41,372 nt of DNA, taken from the NCBI GenBank assembly GCA_000934665.2, contig JYFJ02007222.1:1-41372 (forward strand), written 5' to 3'. This stretch comes from Catajapyx aquilonaris. Lineage: Eukaryota. Both the position numbers and the translations under genes were made by a program. The notes under the pieces are model-generated. The model saw only the letters and a list, made by a program, of their open reading frames with translations, was not told where the DNA came from and did no database searches. How positions within the stretch are numbered: position 1 is the stretch's first letter; every line of letters starts with the position of its first letter. This document shows positions 10,719 to 24,388 of the stretch, piece by piece.

Positions 10719-13332
10719 TCTGTCGTACAGAGCAAGTGATGTCAGGAGGTGTCCTAATTTTGTGGCCTTCACTCTCGCTCATAAGGTAAGCCTCCATCAG
10801 TTGCTACTTGGCCGACCGTCCCGTCCACTAATGTCCCAACTTTGCGGCCAGTGTCCAAGCGATATTGGAACCTCCAGAGTGCAATTAGCGGTCAACTCTG
10901 GAACAAGCTAGTTAGCCACGGCTTAGTTAACACCTCCTCTGGTATGCCGTTGCCATGAATCCGTTTTTGTCCCCTGGTACATTCCCGGATTCTGAGTGGA
11001 GGATATATGGAGGCAGTGCCCGGAATTCAATTTTGAACCGAGTGAAAGTGTGCTTCTGCTATATAGAGTATATATAGAGGAATGGTAAGAGGAACCTTCC
11101 GGATAATGCACGTTACGGGACTCCTGGCAGGACCTCAAAAAGTGTCTGCTCATTAATGTTGCAATGGGTCACCCTTTCACGTTTTGAAGGATATGTTGGG
11201 AGACTCGTAACGAGATCAGAAATCACAGGGTGGTCCAAAATGAACGAAAAAAAAACATTGATTTCTCCTTCTGATCGTAATTCATCGCCTCATATGTTAC
11301 GTAAGGTAAAAACTAGTTTGTGGGCAAATATGTTCACTTTGTTACATATTTAAATCAATTTATTGCATTTTAGATACATTAGTTACAGACATGAAATCTG
11401 TCCCATTAGCAGCCAGCATGCCACACGTAATGTGACAGATATAAACTAAAATGGGTGCACTATTATTCGGCCCATGTTGGGGCGTGAATTTGATGAAAGT
11501 GTCACTCGCTGGGGAAAAAATGTGTAATTATGATCGCGTAAACCTGTCGGACAAGATTGCGGTGCATGAATTATGCGATGTCAATGTAAATGCTTCGGCC
11601 GGGAAAATTGATGACGCCGTATAATCCATTGGTTCTCCACAATGTATTTGTTCCCATCACACTAACCATGCGCCCATTTTAAAATAAACAGGTTGCGATG
11701 CGGGGATTATTAGGGTGTAATTACACACTTGCCCCCACCTGTCGGGGGAAATGTGTTTATGTCCCCTTCTAAAGGAGATTAAACGACGTCGCCTGTCCGG
11801 AGACATATACGGGTTAAAGAAGATGGCTCTTGTCCGAAAACTACCAGTGCGGACACGGATAGATCGATATGCGAGTGTAAAGGTCAGAAGAAAAAAAGTG
11901 GAGGTGGAATAATGTAGTTTCATGGGACTGGAGTGTAGGACACGTACTATTCATTTAGCTCATCCGCAGGTCAATTTTATATGAGATGAATCGCAAATAG
12001 TGCAGCACGTATAGTGAAAAAAAGTAGCATAAAATAGGACGAGGCTTTCGGAGCTGTCGTCCGTGAAAACATGGCTTAAGTCCGGCGGAGGGTTCGAGTG
12101 GAGACGTGCTTTGAGTCCGTGGCATCGAGTAACAGATGCAGTGTATTAAGACATGGCCATTACCGTCAGAGTGAAGTGTAGCTAGCTAGAGTATCGTCTA
12201 GGGATAGTGCTCGGCGGAGTAGAGCGAGGAACAAAGGCCTGCACATTCATTACCGAAAAAATGACAACCAGAGAGAAACCCGAACTTCAATTGTAACACT
12301 AGATCGTGGCTGAACCGCTGCCAAAGAGTTAATTAAATCGACTTAATGACATCCCTGGACTACATATACTGTACAGGGATGGGCCTCTGTGAGCTCATGG
12401 ACTATTCATGAGTCACAAACTATACTCTTAATGACCTCGTTGTCATTTTATTCAGTTCGATTTGGATCTATTGTGCATTGGTCTGTACATCTACGCTACA
12501 TTAATTCATTTCATACATGACGCAACGTTTTTAAATAATTATTTCAAACGTACTGTGGTCAGCCATAAACTTTGTAAAATTAACACGTACCGGTAACCAC
12601 ATTCTTCTGAATTTAATATCTAACTAATGTGATTGCCCTTCAGTTAATGTCCTTTAACATATGGAGATGACTACCATGAGAGCAGAGGAAGGTCCACTGT
12701 ATGTTTCAGAGCATGTCCATGTAAAGTCAGTAAATTAATTATGGCATCGACTTGCAGAGTGCTGTTATGCAGGTTACTCTGATGAGCTATTTTTGGATTA
12801 CTTGGACTGTAATCATGGTCAGGAATTACTTCAGTACTAAACAACTTATCAGTAAAACAGGCCTATAAATGTGCCATAAAAGGTGCAAGTATCATAAATT
12901 GTAGCACATATTTGCGGAAAAGGCCAATGGATCTTAAATAGGGTCATCGCGCACCCAATAATGAGCCTGTTACCATGTTTGCTTATAAAATTATGATTAA
13001 AGTATAGTTATTTAAAACGAACTGGTTTAAATCCAGTTTATCGTTAAAATGTGATGCAGAGAATAATTATTTCTTTAGAACACTTTTTTTGAAAGTGGTA
13101 ATGTAATAGTGAAAAAAGTTGCGTTGGGTGATCCTTATGACGTATGAAAAATATGGGTCACGTGAGTTATCTGTAATGGGGTCCCCCAGGGGTGTATCTG
13201 AGGTGACCTCACATCGCTTCCGGGTTGTCACTTTTTTGGGTGCGGGTACACTTCCTTAACCTAAACACAGGAAAGTGTGGCCCTTTGGGTCAAAGGTTTG
13301 TAATTTTTGCGATATCTTGCACCGTTTACGAG

Positions 13333-14063
13333 TAAGGCCCAAAACGAAGGGCAGAAAATTACGGAAAATTACACTGTTCTACAAAAAAAAAGTTTTTTTT
13401 CTTTTTTTCTGAAAATGTGAACAGCGAATCTTATTAGTGCATATCAAGCCAGCTCCAATGCGATAAAATTTTTCCATAACGTTAAATGTGTTCAATTTAG
13501 TTCTTTTCGTATCTAACTTATATGGAACATATACATGAGACTGTCTCATGATTGGTGGAATCATCATTTTAACACTCTCCATATTAAATTGTTAAAAAAT
13601 AATTTCTGTGGAAAAAATACTTTTTTTTNAAGGGCTATTCACAAATGCTGCGTGCGATGACCGAGCGCGGGCGTTGCGCTGGCGTCCAATCGGGTGGACT
13701 TTCTGCGTGCGATGAGCGTAAGACCCACACGCCACGCTTTCGCAACGCCGAGTTTGTGAAGCGGCCTTAAGGCCCAAAACGAAGGGCAGAAAATTACGGA
13801 AAATTACACTGTTCTACAAAAAAAAGTTTTTTTTCTTTTTTTCTGAAAATGTGAACAGCGAATCTTATTAGTGCATATCAAGCCAGCTCCAATGCGATAA
13901 AATTTTTCCATAACGTTAAATGTGTTCAATTTAGTTCTTTTCGTATCTAACTTATATGGAACATATACATGAGACTGTCTCATGATTGGTGGAATCATCA
14001 TTTTAACACTCTCCATATTAAATTGTTAAAAAATAATTTCTGTGGAAAAAATACTTTTTTTTT
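13333..14063 (+). repeat. Near-identical ~296-bp direct duplication (13333-13628 and 13768-14063) separated by N plus a MITE
   Basis: The copies differ only in homopolymer lengths. The ORF track shows the same MESVKMMIPP... translation twice. Confidence 0.95.
13631..13767. mobile_element. 137-bp PIF/Harbinger-type MITE
   Basis: The ends AGGGCTATTCACAAA and TTTGTGAAGCGGCCT form an imperfect 15-bp TIR followed by TAA. The body is GC-rich. The empty site agTAAggccc is visible at 13331-13340. Confidence 0.75.
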
Positions 14064-14520
14064 CAAGCAAAGCCAGCTATCTCCAAACCGACCTCCAAAT
14101 TTGTGGCTAAACTACCAATAAACCACAATTTTCAAAACTTGCATTTAAAAATGCATTAAAATGCTATCTCATGACTTCCCCTATCAGCTACTTTCAGTTT
14201 GCAACCGTTTCCAAATGACAGGTTTTTCTCCTCTCCGGTACAATTTTGAATTATGGACTTAGCTGCTTTTGCTGTCGAGCTCCTCAAATATTATTATTAT
14301 CTTTCCTCTGACTGCCACTTTCAATTTACTATTCTCAGTTACAGGGAAGACTGTCCAAACTACAGCGGTCCTCATGTAATAAGCGCAAACTCATTTACGA
14401 ATGAAAACATCAAAAATGGTTGGCAGGTATCAGGATAATAATAGTCCTATCTAATCACCACAGAACATGATAGTCAGGGTGAAAACAAAACCTTCACGTC
14501 AAATACATAATCGTAATCTA

Positions 14521-14870
14521 ACATTCGGGTTCACTAAGGGCAAACTATCTACACTGTCTAATATAGCCCTATTGTTTTACCCTTTTACGAGGAGAAGAAA
14601 AGCGCACGAAAAAATGTTAGCAATCCGCCATTTCTTATCAGCTTATCCTAACTTGCGAGGATGGCATTTAAGTAGCAATCGCCTTATTTACAAACTTTAA
14701 AAAAAAGTTGAAATGGGGTGCGACAAGACTCGATATTTTCTTGGTCCTGCTGAATTATGCTGTTTAATGTACAAAACGTGTAGATGTCCACTGCAGTACT
14801 TTCTGATACACTGCACGTATTAAAGAGTTTAAGCTGAGCCAAAACGAGAACGTTAGAACTGTATAATATA
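14521..14870 (+). pseudogene. Decayed non-LTR reverse transcriptase core
   Basis: TFGFTKGKLSTLSNIALL...EKMLAIRHFLSAYPNL...LIYKL, then LLNYAV*CTKRVDV, then after a frameshift LSDTLHVLKSLS*AKTRTLELYNI. These parallel QFGFR.G.ST...FLD.S.AYD.V...GLPQGS.LSP.LYNI in the correct order. The element may extend to an RNase H-like piece at ~16180-16300. Confidence 0.5.
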
Positions 14871-17800
14871 CCAGGGCGGATCGTCAAGGAATGACCTAAA
14901 AATCCTATAATATTGCCAAATCTAACCTTCCTGTACACCCAGAAGACATAATATGACAGAAAATCTTGGCAGTGCGATTTTCTGCAATAGCCTCGTCAGT
15001 CACTATTGTATAGTTTTCTGGCACCTGCGGTGAGCGCTATTATTTGGAAGAATTTCTTGACGGCCTCCTATGGCTCTCTTTTAAACCACAAGGACGAGTG
15101 AGGGTCACCACGATTTGAGACTGAATTTTCTGGCATCGTTCCAGAGGACATTTTGCCTTAGAACTGTCCAGAGTTACATAAAAGTTACTTTAAGCTACAT
15201 TGCACTCCCACATTAACGACAATTTCAGGGAAACAACCCTGTACATGTCACAAAACTTTTGTTACGGTTATAGGCAACTATCAGTACTTATGGAAAGGCT
15301 GAAAAACTGTTTTGGAGTGACTACAATATTATTGCATAGAGCCAGGGTTGGTTTGCCCAAAACTTTTTTTGACATATAGTACGTAAAAACCGAATTGAAT
15401 CAAGCGCCTGCCCAATGCGAATAATACCAAGTGCTTGAATGTAACGCCGGCATTGTGACAATCCCCTGTCTCTTGAAAGAGAAGTGTCAACACTCCCTGG
15501 AGAGACACAGGACCTGCTGGAGGCCTACCTGTGCCCAGTGGAGTGGCCTGGATTAGTCCTGGGCTTGGTCCAGCTTGTGCTAGACTTGATGCTCTGGCTT
15601 GTTATGTTGTCGGGATCTATATTGTTAAAGCTTGAAAAGATGTGTGTCGCAGTTCATATTTTATTTAAACAAAATTTTAATTCACGTCGGGCGTTACCTG
15701 ACATGTTTGATGCTAGAAATAGTGAACTGCGTCATATTGTGAAGGGCCTGAACCGTCAGGATTGAAAGAGTGGTAGCTCATCCCAGGTGATTGTTGTTAC
15801 ACCAATTGAACTTGATGAGGTGCGCCTACAGTATAGCCTGTAAAACCTGTATGAAAGTAACCAGCCATTCAGATTGATTTCGCAACAGGCGCTCAATCCG
15901 ATTTACGAAACTCCAAACCCCATCAAATTAACCTGCTCGGGCAAGAACTAAACAATATAGGCTCTAGACGTTTATAGAGCAAAGTTTATTATTATTATCT
16001 CTTTCCAACCCCTCCATTTTCTTTCGCAACTCAATCCGCTAACTCCACCGTACCAGTACCTCCCGGGCAATTCGTCCTAATTAATTCACTTCACAAACCT
16101 CTTTCTTGCTCGTGACTTGTGTACATCCTGGAGGGTAAAATGCCGCTTAATGATATTTTTGCTCCGAATCGGGAATAATGAGGCATCCACACACTCCCTG
16201 GGCACGTGAACAGCCTCGGAGCGGGTATCGGAAAGTATAGCACAGTTCTGGCCAGCCAGCAGGAGACGTGGTTGGTGATAAACAAGGCCATCAAGCAGAG
16301 CACATCTGAAGTTTCAATCGGAATTCATTAGAGGCCATCATGATGATGGATCGTTCCTTCCGGAGCCGACGAGAGCTGTCCAGACTAGAAATCGGCTCCA
16401 GTCACTCTACTTTCGATTTAGTAATCATAGACCCGGACTTGGATATATCATCCCTCAGAATTCTGGCTCATCCAGCCGCCAGTGGATAGATATGACCAAG
16501 ACAAGTCAGAAATGTAGGGGTGAGAAATGTCGAGAAATCAACCGGTTGTGATGTAGACGACGGCAAACATTAAGGTGCCCTAAGACACACACGGTAGGTG
16601 CTCTAAGACACATGTGGCCATCCGCATCTTTCTGAAACGTATGCTCTACCGGTTGGTTTTTCGACATTTTCACTCTTTACATTTTAGATTTTGTTTTCCA
16701 CATGCTAAGCTAGTTCTGGCTCACCTTGTACTGAAAAAACAACACCCGCATTTTTTGGCACGATGCCGCAGCATCTCAAAGGATCTTCGACCCACAAGAA
16801 TTTTGTCAATTTGGGTTCCCGGAGTTGCTGAATTTGCAACAGGTTTCCTCCGATGCCGTTATCCTTTTTCTGGCGAGGTTCACGGCTCGAGATTCTGCAA
16901 AGCAGCGCAGCGTTCCAGAACTCCCTGGATTTAGAATGCATTTGAAGATATTTGTTGAGCCGCTGGAGCCATTAATGAAACTGTCCGATTAAGCGGCTTA
17001 AGTACCCTAAGTTGGCTCCTCCAATAGGAACGCGTCCGAAAGCCTTATCTGACGAATAAGTTATTGCAAGAACGGCGCAATGGTTCAGCGAAGAAAACTA
17101 CTGTTCTGTATACAGGTGTCAACATGCAGGCTTTTCTTTTAGTAAATAAATATGAACCACACAAAACAGCAACATTTAGCAGCTGTTTTGACAAAACCAA
17201 GGTACAGTAATTGAGAGACATATTTCGCTCCTCCTGAAGCCAGAGGAAAAGAACAAACGTTGCCATATAACGCCCTGTCAGAAGATAACAAGCAAATATT
17301 TCTCCAGCCTCCAGTCTGCTCTGACATGAACTGCTTTTGTGCCATCATGTCAACCATCCCATATCTGAGATGGCCCTTTTCCACAGGGGCTTTGTGCCGC
17401 CAAGGGCACAAAAATGGATACAAACGAGGCTCTCATGAACGTTACCATTTGATGACAGACTCACCCCCACTTTGAAGATATAAACTAGATTGCGCAACTT
17501 TTTTTTCTATCCAGAAGGGTATGCTGGATAGGTCATTAAGAGAAAGTTGGCAAACTGCCTTTCCCCTGGCCCTGAAACAAACGCCATTTTCTTTTTTCCG
17601 AGTTTCTTTTAGCAATGCTAAATGGCTCTATGGGCCGAGGTTAACTCTTGGGCCGTTAGCTGGATAAGGTGAGGCTCCTGGGAATGGTAGAGGTAAATGG
17701 AAAACCCAGTGATGGACTCGCTGTTTCTCTGAGCTGATGTGGCTGCCATCATACAGCTGGAGTTGGAAACTGCAGCCTGGCGAAAGGGCCGATAGATGGC

Positions 17801-17925
17801 TGAGCTTGGCATTCTAATGCTAGACGTTTTTGCACGACTATTGCTGGATATGAAGGTGGGTAACGACCAATAGACACGTCTGACGCTCAGAAGGTTGTTG
17901 CCCTGTTCTCTTATTTGAAATAAAA

Positions 17926-17973
17926 TTGGAATGACGTCACAATATGTCCGCCATTCAAGTGACGTCATTCCAA
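17926..17973. repeat. Perfect 15-bp inverted repeat, each arm containing TGACGTCA
   Basis: TTGGAATGACGTCAC - 18 nt - GTGACGTCATTCCAA. Confidence 0.85.
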
Positions 17974-20900
17974 GCATACAAAAAATCTGATTACAGCAAA
18001 GTTTTTAACGAAAATGCACGCTATTTAAATTTTTGCACAAAAAAAGGGGTTGAACCACCCTGATGGGCCGAAAATTGCTCAGGACTGCCTGCCGCAGCTG
18101 GGTTTGTTTTACAAGACGAAAACTCTAAAAGAGTCTATCGATTTTGTTTTCGGATAAAGACCTACCATCAAAACCTTGCTTCAAGTAGCTTTAAAAAATC
18201 AATCATCTTTCGGGCCCAAGTTTTACTCCGCTTTCAAAAAAATGTGTGGGCCAACATGTGAAAGTTATTACGTCCTAGTAATTTAAAACCCTGAACAAGT
18301 GACAAAGTGGTTTATAGGCTTTGAAAATTGCGCACAAAAGTTGCAAAGTACTATCAGAAGCTGAAGTTTTTTTTACAACTACTAGAGCAACTCTGTGGAG
18401 TTGAGGAGGAGTTTCATGCAAAAAGCTACACAAACTTACGTGTGAAATAACGTGGAAATTACAGTTAAAGTGCGGTAAAATGGTAGGAAAATTACAGTGC
18501 GATTACGTTACAGTAAATTCAAGTGAAATATAGTGCCTCAAAATTTCACGTACAGAAGGTACTCACATTCAGAAACTGAAGGCTTTTTACGTGCGCTTTT
18601 TATTTTGCACAGTGCACATGCCCACACCGTACGCAAATTGTATCATTGTGAATCCTGTAAAAAGCCAGTCAATTACGTAATGTTATTACTGGTGTATTCT
18701 TATCCTGTGGAGGTTGCGGTATCCGCAGTAACCTTTTGTATGCAGGCAGGCGGGGTAGGTAGGCCTTTAGCTTGATGAAAGCAAACGCAGCAGAGTACAT
18801 GAAGAGCCTATTGTACTGCACGTAATCCAATGAGCAAGTGCTTGCTCCGCTAAGGTTGACATTCTAATTGAATTACCTGGCACAATAATGAGCGAAGGAA
18901 AGTTTACACGACACTTTAACCCATTATTTGATTGGAAGCCTATAGTGTCTATACTAGAAAAGAGTAATTGATCATTAACCTGGAGTGTTTGTGGGCATGG
19001 ACCGAGACCTAACTCGTTTAAGGATTCCCAGACAGCGGCTCCTTTGGTTGGCTTACAAAGAATAAGTGTAAGTCCCACCCACCCCTCGAGGGTTGCTGCA
19101 AACTTACGACGTTACTGATTTTCCCATCACTTTTTGAAATATGACTATGCCAAGAAGAGGGAGGCTCTGATTTAATGATTGGAATGAGATCGTTACGGAG
19201 GAAAAGTCCAAGTTTAAATTGGTTTTCCCAGACCCAGATTAGCTGTGGCTGCCATTAAGGGTGGGAAATGGATACGTTGACTTTTTTTGGCAACTTTTGG
19301 CTCCAACTCTTCCGCTCTTCAAAGTACGATGGAAAATCCTGAAGGCTGCATAGAGTCATATGTCGATTTTTTTTGCAATTTTTACTAACTGAAGTAGTTG
19401 AAGTTGAAGCATGAGGTACACGTTCTGTGATCAGGCTTTAAGGAAGAAAATAGGTTTAGTGTAGCGAAACTTCTATGAGTCCAAATATTTGCAAGCACTT
19501 CAACTGGGAGCTTTTCGGTGCTCCGAGCCTTTTCTAGAGGACTTGTTTTTTCCCAAAGTACATGACAAGTGACGCCAATGGGAGATAAATGTCCACCCAG
19601 CTGTGTATCCTGCTGTTGCTAGGATTCCACCTGCACTCTCTGGGTTGTAAAACACTGAAGTTTGCGTGAGATCTTGTCACATCAAAGAGGAAAGATCCAA
19701 AGCCCCTTTCATCTCAAAGCTTGGATCATCCTACGCATAAACAGGAGCTGTTTAAGCAAACCTGAGGGGTTATACTTCCAATCTGCTTATTCGTTTTATC
19801 GGGAATTACTCGTAGGCGTAGGATATCACTAATTAGGTTTTTTCGAGTGCAATTAACACGAAATCATAATTGAACGTGGGATACCAAAAGTGATAGCAAC
19901 AACATGCCCTTTCTGTAAAAAGAAGGGTAGTAAACAATTAAAACATGACAAATACTCCCTTCATAAGCTTAGCTATTGTGTCCCGCCATGACAATTATTA
20001 ATTACTGCCTGTGGTAAACAATTCTGTGTGACAAACTGTGGACTTCAAAAAAAATCCGCAAGCCATATTTTTCCAGGGAAGAGTTCACAAAATTAACTAC
20101 TTTAACCCTAAAGACGGAGAGTAAATGTTGCGGATACTAAACCCATAATGGCTGATCAACTTGCTACGTTCGCCATTGACTGAAATTATCACGCAATGCG
20201 ACATACCGTGCCTGGCAGGACCACAAGATGGCCCGGTCACTAAAAGACTGTAGAAAAGTAATGTTAAAAAATTATTTCCTTGTAAAAAAAATTAATTATT
20301 TGCTTTTACAACCAACAAACCACATGTGTTCTGAACTAACGCACTGCCTTTCCTCATCCGAAAGCGAAAAAAACCAGGCACGTGCATTGTGCTCGGCCAT
20401 AAAGCGGTCCTTGTCGGAGGCAAGCGGCGCATAAAAGACTGGCAGTTAATTGGGCATCGGTGCATGAGTACGCAAAGTAGTTGCGGTCCGATAGTTTTTC
20501 AGGTGGAAAAAGGGTGGTACTCCCTCCATCTAATTGATCAGCCAGTACTCACATAGGGTGTGCTTGTAGCCAGTCGGTTGTGGGCATGCGCCTGGTCCGG
20601 GGGTCGGCATGGAAGCAACGGGTAAAAGTTGAGTCCAGAAGCGCGCCTCTCATCACAACTACTAGTCTTCTCCAGCTAAATAGTGCAGCCAGTGCGGAAT
20701 AGTGACAACCAGAAAAGAGTACCAAAGGGCGCAGACCGGTATTGTTGTTATTGTTATTAACACGCGGTGGTTCATCACAGCTGTCACCCCTTAGGGTATG
20801 CAGTGCCGTGCGATTGTCAATATAGTGCGGCAGTATCCAGGTCGTGCCGGGTATACTGGGCAATGAACCTTCTTTTGTGTGCAAATGAGGACGTCTCCTT

Positions 20901-23900
20901 AGAATTTAGAGTTACCGGTACGTGATTGCTTCCGTGGGAGGTCATATTTTAGTGCAGGTACAGTGCAAGAGGGCTACAGGTAGTGCGGCACTCCCAAAAA
21001 ATGAGCTCTTGATGAAATATTCAACATTGTCATATGTAGCCGTGGGCATTGCATCCAGAGTGCTTTGATCCGGTATACGTTGTGCCTGAATTTCCACGCA
21101 TTGTTTGTGCAGTGCCTGCCAGCGTTGTGCTAATGATTGAGGGGAGGCTTAGCGAAAATGCTCGTTGAATTTTGAGCTATTAGTTCTAGTGAAAATAATG
21201 GTCATGTGTTGAGTACCGGCGGGTAAGTGTGGTGTTACATTCAAGTAAACTTCACGTAAGTCCAGATAAAATATGAATTCTAGCTATCAAAACAAATTCA
21301 AGATATAACATACTGTTTACAGTGTGTTCGACTTGAGGCAAATTGTTACTTAATAAGCAGTTGCTTTCAGATTGCTATATCATATTTTCATACTAAAGAT
21401 GTAGGCAGTGATAAAGGAAACGCACTTTAATTTATGCACTTATATGGCGAATTTAATTAAATAATTTAACATTCAGCAATTATCTACGTTGGTTGAGTGG
21501 AGGACATATTTTAACCACTTCATGCAGCAAGATCTGTCCTTGTTTCCGCATGGTAATATAGTACCAAACGGATATTAGTTCAATCTAAAATTAGTAGTTA
21601 ACATGCGAACTACGAACAGCTCGTAAAGCACTATATTTTCCTATTCCCATGCCTCTCTAACCATTGAAAAAACCTGGTTTACATTGTTCAATGCAAATTC
21701 ATGTGAAACCCACATTTTGTACCTGACCCTACAGTTCAGAAATTTCAAAAATAATATTATGATTTCATCCTGACCTGCATATTCGTCTATCATAAATTTC
21801 GAATCCACCCTATAATGTAAGTATATAGTCACTTGCGTAAAAGGGCAGCTTCCATTCTCAGAATCGACCTAGAATTCCGGGTGACAACAAAGGGGGTTCT
21901 GGGGCGTGCAACACGTGGATTTCGCCAGGAGGTTTTAGTTCAATGATGGACGAACCTGGGAGGCTGGAGGTTCTACCAAATCTGTATGCTATGCGGCCTA
22001 TTATTAGGATTGGGACTGACAAGCTGGTTTCCGGAGTTATAGGGGAGGCCTGCTAATGAGATGAGCTCAAATAGTGCTAGAGGAATCTATCTCCGGAACT
22101 GAAATGCGATAGGCCTTCTGCCAAACCTGCAATCCAATATGCTTGACCAAACCCTTGTTATGCGAGGCCCAGGCTTCCGGAAGGAGAAGCAGGAAGAAAA
22201 ACACGAAGAAAAAGTATCGAAACCTGATAATGTTAGTTTAAGTACTGAGCTGAGAATAGTTTGCGCTTGTTTGCATCTTATTCCAATTATAGGCACAGAC
22301 TACAATGTATAGTGTAGCCGTCCATGTTTACATCATTAAAAGCTATTGTCATATCAGATATCAAAACCCTAGATCCTGTGCAAGTAATGTGTTACAACGT
22401 TATTGCCGTCGACATTTAATTACAATGAAGTACCGGTAGTTAATGCGTATAAAACAAGTACTGAGTTGTTTTTTTAAACATTGCACCTGTATTACTAGTA
22501 ATTACGCGTGATAAAATGTTGCAGAAAATGTTGTCATGCTGAAATGATGCTCGTGGTGCAGAAAGTTACTGCATGGCGTTGCTATTATTACAGGCGGAAA
22601 AGAGAACACTGTTTGGTATCATTCAAAATATCTGTGTTGCTTTTCCAATTATGATAATTGCCGGATTGGAGCATACATACTGTGTAATGATTATGTTGCC
22701 CTTTTCACCATTGCATACAGCATGGTCTGTCTAGGGAAATATTTGGCTGTTACCATGGTAACGTATATCGAAACAGATACGTCGCAACGGAAATAAATCC
22801 AGGTGAAAGCCATGAGAGGTTTTTGGCTTAATTTCTTAAAATTACAAGTAATTAATCATTTAAGTAACTCCAGTGAGCTTTCTCTTTAAAAAGTACACTA
22901 CGCCCTTGGATCGCTTTATTCACTGTACAACATTGAGTTACACAATATTCCGCCTGTTTTTGCGCCGTATTTTATTCTCTGAATATATTACGCCGTTGAA
23001 GTCAATAGGCTTCAATACACCCCGAGGTCGTATGACAATATTATCCATTTGGAGAGTTTCCAATGAGTTCGGATTTTTCCCGGGAATTTTCAAGTGCAGA
23101 TCCGGTTGCTAAGTGATAGTCTATAAAAAAGACAGTACTTGGAAATACTGCGCATCAAATATATTCTGCATAGTACGCCACTTTATGAAATAGTTGGCTG
23201 GCACAGCAATGGGAGATTGGCCTTATTCTTGATTGTTGGAAAGTAATAAATATCAAATCAACGTCTTTCCTTTTTGCATATTTTGGGATATTTTGCATAT
23301 TTGGATTTTTAAAAATAGGCTACGTAAGTCGGAGGTACGTAAATCTTGGACTCAGGAAGAGTCACAACCTCTGTAATTTTAACGAGGCCATGTTGCCCTT
23401 TCATATTGTGACCGCAACGGTCATTTTCCAGTCCCTAATTGTTGCTGACCCTTTCAATACAGACCCGGCTGGCCAGCATTGTTGGCGACAGCAGCCATGA
23501 TTACAAAATATAATAGGCCTTTGCCTCTATTCCACAACGTAATACCGCAACCTGACACAACGCTCAGGTTTGATTCCCTGGCAAATGAGACAAGCAACAC
23601 CCGCAATTACACCGCGCACTTCAACCATATCTGCAGCCCTTTGTTGTCTCACGGACCTGGCAGGGCCCAGAGGAATTTATGATCTTGTCTTGGTTCGGAG
23701 CGGTGCTTTTCCCCCTGAATGGAAGTCACGTGAACCCCCCCTTCCTCAGATACCGCATTGTAACCGAAAGCAAATCGATTGTTTTACGCCGGGTCCAACC
23801 CCATGAATTCGTTGCCCCAGAAAATTGGGTCTGGATTTAACCCCAGGAGATACGGGGGACCGGAAGTTTTTGGCTCCGTAACAAATCACCGGGTGTTACG

Positions 23901-24313
23901 TACGTGCGTGCGCAACAAAAACGGCAGCAGGTTATGAATATGCGATTTATAAGGCGCGCCATTGTTTACTACTTGATGAACACCCGCTGGAGGCAAGAAT
24001 GGACCAAAAACAAGAGGGGCTGAAATGAACGTCTTTTGTGCCAGTAATGGGGCGCCTGCAGAGAGAGGTTTCTTTTTTCGGTTTGAAAATTAGGGCCCCG
24101 GAGATGCCTGGGAGCTTCTCCGGAGCAGACTGAGCTCAAAGTGGATAATCAGTTATCCGGGAAAGGCCTGCTGGTGATTACAAGCCTAACCTGCCCTTAG
24201 ATCGCGCACAGGTTATATGTACTACATATAGGTTTTTTGACCGGCGGGCGTCAGTGCTCAAAACATCTCTATTTTATATGAAGCCAAAAGCTTGTTTTGT
24301 GCATGTCGAAATT

Positions 24314-24388
24314 TTACGTAAGTTGGATCTGCGTAAGTTGGGCCTACGTAACTCGGAGCTGCGTAAGTTGAATCTACGTAAGTCGGGA
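24314..24388 (+). repeat. Five tandem copies of a 15-bp unit (consensus CTRCGTAAGTYGGAN)
   Basis: ttacgtaagttggat/ctgcgtaagttgggc/ctacgtaactcggag/ctgcgtaagttgaat/ctacgtaagtcggga. Two related units lie at 23320-23349. Confidence 0.9.

Noticed and set aside
12047..12100. Hairpin plus GGTTCGAGT (B-box-like) as a tRNA or SINE
   Set aside because: No cloverleaf, properly spaced A-box or tail is present.
13379..14016. Duplicated MESVKMMIPP... ORFs as a tandem gene pair
   Set aside because: They are AT-rich repeat sequence duplicated around an N, with no coding features.
14979..14999. Minus-strand CTGACGA-GGCTATTGCA-GAAA hammerhead-like core
   Set aside because: The stem II closing pair is mismatched and there is no stem III, NUH or stem I pairing. 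At best a dead relic.
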